Positions 27,016 through 38,700 of a DNA stretch of 64,000 nucleotides are shown here, piece after piece. A model generated the notes under the pieces. That model was not told the origin of the DNA and made no database searches. It was given only the letters and a program-made list of their open reading frames with translations. How positions within the stretch are numbered: the first letter of the stretch is position 1; every line of letters starts with the position of its first letter. The stretch lies in contig JAKEEM010000010.1 in NCBI GenBank assembly GCA_022616535.1, positions 21,769-85,768 on the forward strand, written 5' to 3'. The DNA comes from Chlorobiota bacterium (GTDB lineage Bacteria; Bacteroidota; Ignavibacteria; Tepidaquicellales; OLB5). The position numbers and the translations under genes were made by a program.

Positions 27016-27522
27016 TCAGGGAGTTTCGCTAAGCAGTTCAGTAATTACAAGCTCTGTCTTTTTATATCCGCCTTCACCTCGTTTAAAATGCCTGATTTCA
27101 CCTTTTTTACTGATAACAAATATACTTGGCCAGGCGTGAACATCATAAGCATGCCAGTTTTTAAAGGAGTTATCGATTGCTACAGGATACTTGATTCCAA
27201 GCTTTGATACAGCTTCTTTTACATTTTCAAATTCACGTTCATGATCAAACTCGGGACAGTGAATACCAATTATTTCCAGTCCGCTTGACTTATATTTTTC
27301 ATACCACTCGTTTATATAAGGAATTGTATTTTTGCAGTTGTAACATCCGAATGTCCAGAATTCAATCAAAACAACTTTGCCTCTAAGGGATTCTATTGTC
27401 AGGTTTTTATCAGAATTAATCCATTTTTCCGCTTTAATTTCGGGCGCAGTTCCGAAAACCTGGCTAAAAACATTAAAAGAAAGAATAGGTAAAAAAAATA
27501 TTGCAGAAAGTTTCATATTCAC
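27016..27522 (-). CDS. thioredoxin-fold thiol:disulfide oxidoreductase (TlpA/ResA-like)
   Basis: Signal peptide plus FWTFGCYNCKN (CxxC). Confidence 0.8.
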   Translation of the reverse strand: MNMKLSAIFFLPILSFNVFSQVFGTAPEIKAEKWINSDKNLTIESLRGKVVLIEFWTFGCYNCKNTIPYINEWYEKYKSSGLEIIGIHCPEFDHEREFENVKEAVSKLGIKYPVAIDNSFKNWHAYDVHAWPSIFVISKKGEIRHFKRGEGGYKKTELVITELLSETP

Positions 27523-28640
27523 CTTATTCTATTGAATAAACCAACAATTTCACTTCCTAAAGCATTCCACGAATGTTTCGTTTTATATTCTTTAATGCTT
27601 GGAATAAACTTTTCCTTCAGTCCTTCTTCAAAATATCTTTTCAAAGCTTGTGATAATTGCTCGGAGGAGGCGCCAACAACAAGCCCGGTTTTATTTTCTT
27701 CAACCATCTCAGCAAGTCCGCCAACGTTTGTAACAATTACAGGCAAATCAAAGTGATATGCTATGCCAACGATACCGCTTTGCGTTGCTGATTTATACGG
27801 TAAGACACAAACATCGCTTGCTGAAAAAAAGAGCGGGATTTCTACCTCAGGTATGTAACGGATTTCAGGTTTAATTTTATTTCCCAAATTCAAATTATCA
27901 ATCAATGCGTTGTATTTTTTAAAATCACCGTAGACTTCTCCTGCAATAAGCAGCATGTAATCCTCGCTTAAATCCTTCATTGATTCAATCAGTAAATCAA
28001 GCCCTTTATAATCACGTATAAAACCGAAAAACAAAATTACCTTTTTATCCAGAGGAATATTTAATTTATTTCTTGCTTCTGAAGTACTAATTTTACTGCC
28101 ATAATGGTCATAAAGCGGGTGAGGATGAATTATATATTTTGCACTTGGCAGCAAGTTGTGTAAATCTTTTTCTGAGGATTTGTTGAGAATTAAAAACCCA
28201 TCGCACTTATTAAAAAAATATTTTGTTAGTGATACATCACCAAGTCTTTTCTCATGTGCAATGACATTATGTAAAATTCCAATAATTTTAATATCACTCT
28301 TTTTTAAAATCCCAGAAATTTTGCCAAATGCGGGAGCAAAAAACGGCATCCAGTAGCTTATTAATACCAAGTCAGGTTTAAATTTCAATATTTCTTTTGC
28401 TGTTTTGTAATATGTTAATGGGTTAATACTGTCCAGAACTCTTTCAGCAGGTATGTTTCTGTTTGCATCGCTTAGGGATACATACTGAGTTTTCCCCGGA
28501 AAAAATACTTTGGGATACTGGCGTGAAAATGTGAATGCTTTAACTTCGTGTTCTTTTGCCAGTTCAAGATATATTGAATCGCTGAACTGGGCAATACCGC
28601 CTCTATACGGATAAAAAGGTGATAAAAATGCGATTTTCAC
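27519..28640 (-). CDS. glycosyltransferase family 4
   Basis: 373 aa with GT-B architecture. C-terminal SATQSGIVGIAYHFDLPVIVTNVGGLAEMV. Confidence 0.8.
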   Translation of the reverse strand: MKIAFLSPFYPYRGGIAQFSDSIYLELAKEHEVKAFTFSRQYPKVFFPGKTQYVSLSDANRNIPAERVLDSINPLTYYKTAKEILKFKPDLVLISYWMPFFAPAFGKISGILKKSDIKIIGILHNVIAHEKRLGDVSLTKYFFNKCDGFLILNKSSEKDLHNLLPSAKYIIHPHPLYDHYGSKISTSEARNKLNIPLDKKVILFFGFIRDYKGLDLLIESMKDLSEDYMLLIAGEVYGDFKKYNALIDNLNLGNKIKPEIRYIPEVEIPLFFSASDVCVLPYKSATQSGIVGIAYHFDLPVIVTNVGGLAEMVEENKTGLVVGASSEQLSQALKRYFEEGLKEKFIPSIKEYKTKHSWNALGSEIVGLFNRIR

Positions 28641-28776
28641 TTGTTTGCTCTCATGAGTCGCAAGTTCCTAAAATTATAGCATTTTTACAATTACTTAATT
28701 CAATTACTTGGGTTATTATGATTTTTATAATTTTATCTGGTTTTTAGTTTTATTATTTTTGTTTCTTATTAAATCT

Positions 28777-29280
28777 ATGCAAACAGATAAGGAAGAAATA
28801 ATCTGGGAAGGTTCCCAGTCGCAGATTTTAAACATCAGCACATTTTTTTTGATGGGAATTATAGCAATTATTATTCTTGTGTTAAGCTTAATGTTTTTTC
28901 CTTTGGCTTTAGTGCTTGCGGTAATACCGCTTGCTTATATTTTTATTAAATGGCTGATTGTAAAAAATCATAAATACAAAGTTACTACCGAAAGAATTTT
29001 CTATACAACGGGCATATTTTCCAAAAAAACCGAAGCAATGGAATTATACCGGGTAAGGGATGTTGATATGTATGAGCCGTTCTGGCAGCGGTTGTTTAAG
29101 CTTGGAAATATCAGGCTTACTTCTTCGGATGAAACTACGGAGAATTTTTTGCTCAAAGCTGTTCCGAATCCTTCGAAGCTTATGGATGATATCAGAAAGC
29201 ATGTGGAAATCAGACGAGATGTTAAACGAGTGAGGGGAGTTGAATTTTTAGATGACGGGGAAACCGTAGGAAATCTATAA
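28777..29280 (+). CDS. membrane protein with bacterial PH (bPH_2/YdbS-like) domain
   Basis: Two TM helices, then YKVTTERIFYTTGIFSKKTEAMELYRVRDV...GNIRL. Start moved from TTG 28708 to ATG 28777; this choice is uncertain. Confidence 0.65.
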   Translation: MQTDKEEIIWEGSQSQILNISTFFLMGIIAIIILVLSLMFFPLALVLAVIPLAYIFIKWLIVKNHKYKVTTERIFYTTGIFSKKTEAMELYRVRDVDMYEPFWQRLFKLGNIRLTSSDETTENFLLKAVPNPSKLMDDIRKHVEIRRDVKRVRGVEFLDDGETVGNL

Positions 29281-29287
29281 TTATGCT

Positions 29288-29932
29288 ATGTTAATAAAAT
29301 ACTTATTATTTATTTGGCTTGCTGTTGTATTTTGTTTTGCGCTGCTTTTTCCCGTTCCTGCAATCGGCACTATGGGAGATAAAGCAAGAATACTCTTTTT
29401 CCACGTTCCCTCTGCGTGGGTGAGTGTTGTTGCTTTTATGATGTCTCTTGCGTATGGCATTGCATATCTTAAAAAGCGTGACGTGATTTATGACTACAAA
29501 GCATCATCCTCCGCCGGACTTGGTTTGCTCTTTGCAATTCTTGCAACTGTTACAGGTGCAATTTGGGCTAAATTCGAATGGGGCGCTTACTGGAACTGGG
29601 ACCCAAGGCAGACTTCAATTTTTGTCCTGATTTTAATCTACGGTGCTTACTTTGCTCTGCGAAGTGCAATCGAATCCGAAGAAGCAAGGGCAAAGCTGTC
29701 ATCGGTCTATTCGATTCTTGCGGGAATTACAGTTCCGTTTTTTATATTTATACTGCCGAGGATTGTTGAAACTCTCCACCCCGACCCGATAGTAAATACA
29801 AGCGGCAGGGTTAAAATGAACAGTAATATGCTTATTATTTTCTTAAGCTCGCTTGCCGGTTTTACGGGACTTTACTTTTGGATGCTGAACCTGAAAGTCA
29901 GATTAATTAAACTTAAATTAAAAGAAAAATAG
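29288..29932 (+). CDS. ccmC: heme exporter protein CcmC
   Basis: Trp-rich motif WGAYWNWDPRQT, about six TM segments, conserved His residues. Confidence 0.85.
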   Translation: MLIKYLLFIWLAVVFCFALLFPVPAIGTMGDKARILFFHVPSAWVSVVAFMMSLAYGIAYLKKRDVIYDYKASSSAGLGLLFAILATVTGAIWAKFEWGAYWNWDPRQTSIFVLILIYGAYFALRSAIESEEARAKLSSVYSILAGITVPFFIFILPRIVETLHPDPIVNTSGRVKMNSNMLIIFLSSLAGFTGLYFWMLNLKVRLIKLKLKEK

Positions 29933-30067
29933 GTGGATTCAATCAGAATTTTCTTCGAGCAGTATGCTTATTATATAGTTCTTGTTATAACTCTTTCTGT
30001 ATGGAGTGTATTGTTTTTTTATATACTTTCAATAGATAAGAAACTTAAGAAGCTGGAAAAGGAGTAA
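29933..30067 (+). CDS. ccmD: CcmD-like small membrane protein (44 aa, not in the supplied ORF track)
   Basis: GTG start directly after the ccmC stop. Product VDSIRIFFEQYAYYIVLVITLSVWSVLFFYILSIDKKLKKLEKE: one TM followed by a basic tail. It exactly fills the gap to ccmE. Confidence 0.6.
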   Translation: MDSIRIFFEQYAYYIVLVITLSVWSVLFFYILSIDKKLKKLEKE

Positions 30068-30072
30068 TAACT

Positions 30073-30465
30073 ATGAATAAAAGATACATAATTGGAATTG
30101 CAATTATTGCAATATTTTTGGTGGTGGGATTTTTTGCATTCGTCGATACGAAGGTTGAATATTCAAATTTCCAACATGCCTCATCCACACATAAAAAATG
30201 CCAGGTCAAGGGCTCCTGGCTTAAGGAAAAAGAAACAAGGTATGACCCTACAAGCAACCAGTTTGTTTTTTATATGAAAGATGAGAATAATACCGAGATG
30301 AAGGTTGTTTTAGACGGAGCAGAGCCCAACAATTTTAAAATGGCTGAAAATATTGTTGCAAAGGGTAAGGTTAAAGACGGTCAATTTTATGCATCTGAAG
30401 TTCTCACAAAATGCCCTTCCAAATACGAGGGTGATGGCGAAGATGTAAAAAAATCAAGTATGTGA
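30073..30465 (+). CDS. ccmE: cytochrome c maturation heme chaperone CcmE, CxxxY variant
   Basis: N-terminal TM anchor, OB-fold-length body, and KCPSKYEG where the canonical protein has HxxxY. AGGAG lies 8 nt before the ATG. Confidence 0.8.
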   Translation: MNKRYIIGIAIIAIFLVVGFFAFVDTKVEYSNFQHASSTHKKCQVKGSWLKEKETRYDPTSNQFVFYMKDENNTEMKVVLDGAEPNNFKMAENIVAKGKVKDGQFYASEVLTKCPSKYEGDGEDVKKSSM

Positions 30466-30482
30466 ATTTAAGCTCATAGAAA

Positions 30483-32099
<1,617 letters not shown>

Positions 32100-32120
32100 T
32101 TATTTCTTTTCATTTGTAGG

Positions 32121-32138
32121 GGACGCATATATGCGTCC
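32121..32138. repeat. perfect 18-nt palindrome GGACGCATATATGCGTCC
   Basis: Located in the 52-nt spacer between the HIT gene stop and the pyrG start. GC-rich arms in AT-rich DNA. Confidence 0.7.
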
Positions 32139-32145
32139 TTTAGAT

Positions 32146-32571
32146 TTACAATAATTGTTTAATTTTTTCCGCAATATTATTTAATTTATTTCTATCAGGA
32201 AGAACCTTCCTGTAGTTTTCGCTAAATTTCAATCCAAAACCGTCGCCTTCGAATCTCGGAAACACATGTAAATGAGTGTGAAAAACTTCCTGTCCAGCTG
32301 CTTCGCCATCTGCAAGAAAATAGTTTATGCCTTCAAGTTTTAAACCGGATTTTCTAAGCGCTTTATTAATTTTACCTGCTAAAACAAACATTTTGCCTGA
32401 GGTTTCATCATCCAAATCAGCTATTAATTCAACGTGCTTTTTAGGAACAATCAATATGTGTCCCTGATTAACGGGTTGAATGTCCATAAATGCAATAATG
32501 CCTTCATCTTCGTAGACTTTGCTGCCTGAGTAAGTCCCGTCAATTATTTTACAGAATACGCAGTCAGCCAT
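32146..32571 (-). CDS. HIT family (histidine triad) protein
   Basis: HTHLHVFPR triad. 141 aa. Confidence 0.9.
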   Translation of the reverse strand: MADCVFCKIIDGTYSGSKVYEDEGIIAFMDIQPVNQGHILIVPKKHVELIADLDDETSGKMFVLAGKINKALRKSGLKLEGINYFLADGEAAGQEVFHTHLHVFPRFEGDGFGLKFSENYRKVLPDRNKLNNIAEKIKQLL

Positions 32572-33301
32572 TTTTCAGTATTTTTTTCAAATCTTCTTTT
32601 GTATCAACTGATTGAGAACTAAGTCTGGTTATAACTACCTTAATATCTTCGCCATTATCAAGTATCCTAAGCTGTTCAAGTTTTTCTTTTTCTTCTCTTT
32701 TCGAGGACTTCATTTTAATAAACTTAAGCAGGAAATTTTTTCTGAAAACGTAAAGCCCGATATGTTTATAAAAATTTGCCCGTTTGCTTTTATTATTAAA
32801 CGGCTTTACTGTTCGGGAAAAATCAACAGCATACTTTTCTTTGTCAAAAAAAACCTTTACTGTATTGGAATCATTGATTTCCCTGATATCATCAATCTTA
32901 GCGGCAAGCGTAGCAACATTCAGCTCCTTATCTTTAACAAGAGGTTCAATTGCCTTGTCTATATTTCTGTAGTCAATAAACGGCTCATCTCCCTGTATGT
33001 TAACTACTATATCGCAATCAATATTTTTTACGGCTTCCCCGACTCTGTCCGTGCCGCTTTTGTGTTTTGAAGATGTCATAACCGCCTCTCCCCAGAATCC
33101 CGTAACTGCATTGTAAATTCTCTTGTCATCGGTTGCTACAATTAGTCTGTTGAGCTTTTTGGATTTCATCGCGCTTTCATAAACATGCTGTATAATCGGT
33201 TTACCGTTAATCTTTATAAGGGGTTTGCCCGGTAGTCTTGTTGAGCCATATCTGGCAGGAATTACTCCGATAACGGTCAATGGTGAATTGTGATTGGTCA
33301 A
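32564..33301 (-). CDS. kdsB: 3-deoxy-manno-octulosonate cytidylyltransferase
   Basis: VIPARYGSTRLPGKPL, NIQGDEP. Confidence 0.92.
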   Translation of the reverse strand: MTNHNSPLTVIGVIPARYGSTRLPGKPLIKINGKPIIQHVYESAMKSKKLNRLIVATDDKRIYNAVTGFWGEAVMTSSKHKSGTDRVGEAVKNIDCDIVVNIQGDEPFIDYRNIDKAIEPLVKDKELNVATLAAKIDDIREINDSNTVKVFFDKEKYAVDFSRTVKPFNNKSKRANFYKHIGLYVFRKNFLLKFIKMKSSKREEKEKLEQLRILDNGEDIKVVITRLSSQSVDTKEDLKKILKNG

Positions 33302-33384
33302 TAGTGGTTACGTCTTTTGAATTAATTTGGTTATCATTTTGAAAATTTGGAGAACTGAAGAATTAAGTTGATTGTAATGTTTAT

Positions 33385-33678
33385 TCACTTATCAATCACC
33401 TTTGGAACTTTGAAAAAGTTTTCTGTTTTATCCGGTGCGTTTTTCAATGCTTCTTCCTTGGCTAGACATTTCTCCGGTACATCTTCTCTGAAAACATTTT
33501 CAGTATCATTAATATTTTCAAGCGGCTCAACTTTATCAAGATTCGGAATTTCATTCAGGGTATCGATATAATCCAGAACTTTGTTTAGTTCGACCTGAAG
33601 CTTTTCCTTTTCTTTATCAGAAAACTTCAACTTGGCAAGGTTTGCTATATGTTCAACATCATGAATTGTTACTGCCAT
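33385..33678 (-). CDS. gatC: Asp/Glu-tRNA amidotransferase subunit C
   Basis: 97 aa. IANLAKLKFSDKE...LNKVLDYID pattern. Confidence 0.85.
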   Translation of the reverse strand: MAVTIHDVEHIANLAKLKFSDKEKEKLQVELNKVLDYIDTLNEIPNLDKVEPLENINDTENVFREDVPEKCLAKEEALKNAPDKTENFFKVPKVIDK

Positions 33679-33694
33679 AATTTCTCATTTTGTC

Positions 33695-33756
33695 ACCCTG
33701 AACTTGTTTCAGGGTCTGTCATATTTACAATTAAAATGCTGAAACAAGTTCAGCAT
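33695..33756. repeat. inverted pair of CTGAA-N5-TTCAG hairpins
   Basis: ACCCTGAA CTTGT TTCAGGGT (33695-33715) and ATGCTGAA ACAAG TTCAGCAT (33736-33756). The 15-nt cores are exact reverse complements. Confidence 0.75.
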
Positions 33757-33765
33757 GAAAAAAAA

Positions 33766-34449
33766 CTAAACCGGTTTTAAATTTTCAGTTACGATATTTC
33801 TTATTTCATTTAAAAGCTCTTTATCTTTGCGGTATTTTACAGGTTTCCCGATAACCACATTAACATTACCGGGCTTTACCTTTAAGCTGCCGCTTGGCAT
33901 AAGCTCAAACGTTCCCGACATTGAAACAGGTATTATATCCGCCTGTGATTTATCAGCTAAGTAAAACATTCCTCGTTTAAATTCACCAACGTCCCCATCT
34001 TTTGTTCTTGTCCCTTCGGGGTAAATTACAACCGAAAGTCCTTTCTTTACTTTTTCGGACGCTCTATCCAGAGACTTCATTGCACTTCTTATATTTTCCC
34101 TGTCAATTGGAATAAATCCCACTGCAAGCATTGCCCAGCCAAGAATCGGAACTTTATTTATTTCTCTTTTGTAAATCATCCTCACATTGTCGGGTAATTT
34201 TGCAAGCTGAACAAATATATCAAGATAGCTTGAATGGTTAGCAATGTAAATTTTCCCTTTTGAGGGGTCGATATTTTCCGCTCCGTAAACGTTGACTTTT
34301 ATTCCGTATATAAAAAGAACAATGTTAGTCCAAACCTTCATTAAGAGATTTGATAATTTATGCTTATAATCGAGCGGGAAAATTAAAATAGACCCAATGG
34401 CTATTAAAAATGAATATAAAATGACTACGGAATTTTTCAACAGCCACAT
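33766..34449 (-). CDS. plsC: 1-acyl-sn-glycerol-3-phosphate acyltransferase
   Basis: NHSSYLD (HX4D) and YPEGTRT motifs. Confidence 0.88.
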   Translation of the reverse strand: MWLLKNSVVILYSFLIAIGSILIFPLDYKHKLSNLLMKVWTNIVLFIYGIKVNVYGAENIDPSKGKIYIANHSSYLDIFVQLAKLPDNVRMIYKREINKVPILGWAMLAVGFIPIDRENIRSAMKSLDRASEKVKKGLSVVIYPEGTRTKDGDVGEFKRGMFYLADKSQADIIPVSMSGTFELMPSGSLKVKPGNVNVVIGKPVKYRKDKELLNEIRNIVTENLKPV

Positions 34450-34585
34450 TTATGCAAAAATAACGAATAATTTTCACCTGTTTTGCAATTATAACCATTT
34501 ATATTAAAGGGGGAAATTTATAAACTTTTTCCTATTCTTATTTTTGCTATATTCGTATCTAACCTAATAGCCACTGTTGGTAACT

Positions 34586-34608
34586 CGCCTGCCTGCCGCA
34601 GGCAGGCG
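34586..34608. repeat. GC-rich hairpin in the carA leader
   Basis: CGCCTGCCTG CCG CAGGCAGGCG: 10-bp stem ending 19 nt before the TTG start of carA. Confidence 0.7.
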
Positions 34609-34627
34609 GCTGGATTAATCAAGAAAT

Positions 34628-35725
34628 TTGACACAAAAGCAAAAAGTATACCTACGTTTAGCAAACGGTAAAATCTTTACGGGCTATTCTTTCGGCAAAT
34701 ACGGAGAAACTGACGGTGAAGTTGTCTTTACTACAGGAATGACGGGCTACCCCGAGTCCCTTACCGATCCGTCTTATTCCGGACAAATTCTTGTTTTTAC
34801 ATATCCTTTAATCGGAAATTACGGAATTCCCCGATTTCAAAGAGACAATTCGGCTAAAGCTGTTCAGGATAGCTTTGAATCGGGAAAAATACAGGTCCGT
34901 GCGGTCATAATTTCAAATTACAGCTTTGATTACAGCCATTTCGATGCGGTGCAGTCATTAGATAAGTGGCTTGAGGATAACGATATACCTGGAATGTACG
35001 GAATTGATACGCGCGAGCTTACAAAAGTTTTAAGAACTACGGGGGTTATGCTCGGGAAAATAACAACACAACCAGATGACGAAACCTTTAATGTAATTGA
35101 CCCGAATGAAACTTACCTTGCAGGTGAGGTTGGAGTGAAAGAGCCCGTAGTTTACTCGCCCAAAGAGAATGATACAAAAAAGAAAATTCTTTTAATCGAT
35201 TGCGGCGTTAAGAATAACATAATAAGGAATTTTCTGAAACGAGGGGCTGAGGTAATAAGAGTTCCTTATGATTACAATCCGTTAAACTCAAATTTTGATT
35301 TTAATGGAATTTTTGTTTCAAATGGTCCGGGAGACCCGAAGATGTGCAGGGCAACCATTGAAAATCTGAGAAGCTCATTTGAATTGAATATTCCGATATT
35401 CGGTATTTGCCTCGGCAGCCAGATTCTGGGGCTTTCAGCTGGAGCAGACACATATAAATTAAAATTCGGGCACCGCTCGCAAAACCAGCCGTGCATTGAA
35501 ATCGGCGGGCACTGCTACATTACATCGCAGAACCACGGCTATGCTGTTGATACAAAGACTCTGCCAGACGATTGGTCCGAATGGTTTATAAATAATAATG
35601 ACGGAACAAATGAAGGGGTGAAGCACAAAACAAAACCGTTTTTCGCTGTTCAGTTTCATCCCGAGTCATCACCCGGGCCCAACGACACCGGCTGGCTGTT
35701 TGATAAATTTTTAGATTTAATTTAA
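34628..35725 (+). CDS. carA: carbamoyl-phosphate synthase small (glutaminase) subunit
   Basis: GICLGSQIL, HGYAV, FAVQFHPE. TTG is the only in-frame start after an upstream stop. Confidence 0.95.
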   Translation: MTQKQKVYLRLANGKIFTGYSFGKYGETDGEVVFTTGMTGYPESLTDPSYSGQILVFTYPLIGNYGIPRFQRDNSAKAVQDSFESGKIQVRAVIISNYSFDYSHFDAVQSLDKWLEDNDIPGMYGIDTRELTKVLRTTGVMLGKITTQPDDETFNVIDPNETYLAGEVGVKEPVVYSPKENDTKKKILLIDCGVKNNIIRNFLKRGAEVIRVPYDYNPLNSNFDFNGIFVSNGPGDPKMCRATIENLRSSFELNIPIFGICLGSQILGLSAGADTYKLKFGHRSQNQPCIEIGGHCYITSQNHGYAVDTKTLPDDWSEWFINNNDGTNEGVKHKTKPFFAVQFHPESSPGPNDTGWLFDKFLDLI

Positions 35726-35747
35726 AAATTCATCAGATTATTCAAAT

Positions 35748-38700
35748 TTGTCAAATTTTAATAAAATATTATTACTCGGTTCCGGCGCCCTGAAAATCGG
35801 CGAGGCGGGTGAGTTCGATTACTCAGGCTCACAGGCAATCAAGGCACTGAAGGAAGAAGGGAAATACGTTATCCTTGTTAATCCCAACATTGCAACTGTG
35901 CAAACTGATATAGACTTAGCTGATAAAGTTTATTTGCTTCCCGTAAATCCTTATTTTGTTGAAAAAGTAATAATGAAAGAACGTCCTGATGCTATAATGC
36001 TTGGTTTCGGAGGGCAGACGGCTTTAAATTGCGGACTAGAGCTTGAAAAACTTGGTATCCTGAAAAAATGCAACATCACTGTTTTAGGAACAAATGTGGA
36101 TTCCATTAATAAAACTGAGGACAGGGAGCTTTTTGTAAATGAACTTAATAAAATTAATGTTAAGACTCCGAAAAGTGTCGCTGTAACGACGCCGGAGTCA
36201 GGGCTAAAGGCGTCAAAAGAAATTGGCTACCCGGTTATTCTCCGTTCAGGATTTGCCTTAGGTGGTCTCGGCTCTGCTTTTGCAAAAAATGACAAAGAGT
36301 TAAAGAAAGCACTAAAGGAGGCATTTTCATACTCACCCCAGGTTTTAATTGAAGAAGATTTACGCGGCTGGAAGGAAATTGAATATGAAGTTGTAAGAGA
36401 TTCAGCCGATAACTGCATAACCGTATGCAATATGGAAAACTTCGACCCGCTGGGGATACACACTGGTGAAAGCATTGTAATAGCACCGTCCCAAACGCTT
36501 TCAAATGCGGAATATCACCTGCTTCGCGACGTATCAATCAAAACTATAAGGCATTTTAAAATTCAAGGTGAGTGCAACATACAGTTTGCGCTAAATCCCG
36601 AATCATTTACAAAAGATGGCGAACTTGATTACAGGGTAATTGAAGTCAATGCTAGACTTTCGCGTTCATCGGCTCTTGCTTCAAAAGTTACCGGCTACCC
36701 GCTTGCATACATCGCAGCAAAAATTGCTCTCGGCTATAAGCTTACGGAGCTGGAAAATTCCATTACCAAGAAAACTTATTCATGTTTCGAGCCCGCACTT
36801 GACTACGTTGCGCTCAAAATTCCACGCTGGGACCTGCAGAAATTTCCGCGCGCTGATGAGGAAATCGGAAGCAAGATGAAATCCGTGGGCGAAGTGATGG
36901 CTATCGGCAGAAGCTTCCCCGAAGTCCTGCAAAAGGCTATACGCATGCTGCAGGTGGGCAAGTTCGGGCTTGTGCTGAATAAATCCAAAACAGCAACTAT
37001 AAATGAAGATATTGTTACCCCCTCACCGCGCAGGCTTTTTGCAATTTCCCGGGCATTCAGAGAAGGTTACTCGGTTGATGAAGTTTACAGAATGTCTAAA
37101 ATAGATAAATGGTTTTTGCAGCAGATAAGCTTAGTCGACGGTTTCAGAAAGTTAAAAATCGAAAAAGAAATTATAACAAGGGACTTTCTGCTTGAAGCCA
37201 AGAAACTGGGGTATTCCGATAAGCAAATCGGGTTGCTTGTTGGAACTGACGAGGATGAAATAAGAAAAATCAGAAAAGAACTCGGAGTTCTCCCAGTTTT
37301 TAAACAAATCGATACACTGGCAGCGGAATATCCCGCTGAGACAAACTATCTTTATTCCACTTACCACGGTGAAACGTCTGATATAGAAGAAACAAGGGAA
37401 CGCGACGAAAATAAGATAATGATTCTGGGCTCGGGACCTTATAAAATCGGCTCCTCGGTTGAGTTTGACTGGTGCTGTGTAACAACAGCTAAACACTTGA
37501 GGAAACTGGGATATAAGGTAATTATGGTTAATTATAATCCGGAAACCGTAAGTACCGATTATGACATATGCGACAAGCTTTATTTTGAGGAGCTTAGCCT
37601 CGAAAGGGTTCTGGACATTTACGAATATGAAAAACCGCTTGGTATAATTATTTCGATGGGCGGACAGATTCCCAATAATCTTGCGCTCAAGCTTCACGAT
37701 AATAACGTATGGATACTCGGTACATCGCCCCACTCAATAGATAAGTGCGAAGACAGGAATAAGTTCTCGTCTATTTTGGACAAGCTGGAAATCGACCAGC
37801 CCGAGTGGCAGGAGCTCGCTGATTTGAAGCAGGCAAAGAAATTTTCGAATAAAATCGGCTATCCGGTTTTAATCCGCCCTTCATATGTTTTATCTGGAAC
37901 AGCAATGAAGGTTTGCTATGATGATAAATCACTTGATGAGTACATAAAAAAGAATGCGAATATATCGGAGGAATTTCCCGTTGTAATTTCAAAATTCGAG
38001 GAGGGCGCAAAAGAAATTGAAATCGACGGAGTTGCACAGAAAGGAGAGCTGATTATATACGCAATATCCGAGCATATTGAAAACGCAGGTGTTCACTCAG
38101 GCGATGCGACGCTTGTTATTCCTCCTCAAAAGCTTTATTTTGAAACTGTTCACCAGCTGAAGAAAATTACCAAAGCTATTGTAGGTGAATTAAAAATCAC
38201 CGGACCTTTTAATATTCAGTTTCTTGCTAAAGAAAATAAGGTAAAGGTTATTGAATGCAACCTGCGTGCAAGCCGGTCGTTTCCATTTATTTCAAAAGCA
38301 ACTGGTTATAATTTTATTGAATTTGCGGTTAAATCGATTTTAGGGATGAATATCAAAGGCGACTATAAGACACTTGACCTTGATCATATTGTAGTTAAAG
38401 CTCCCCAGTTTTCGTTTTCCCGTTTAAGCGGTGCTGACCCGATTTTAGGAGTTGAAATGTCATCCACAGGCGAGGTTGCATGCTTCGGCGATGAGCTTGA
38501 GGAAGCGTTTTTAAAATCGCTCATTTCAACAGGGTTCAGGCTGCCCGGGAAAAATATTCTCTTAACTTTGGGTGAGCTGGAAGACAAAATTGAGTTCTTA
38601 GACAGCGCAGGGAAGCTTTCCGAGATGGGTTATAAAATATATGCCACAACAAATACACACAAGCTTCTGAAAGAAAATGGCATCAGGGCAAAACGCATAT

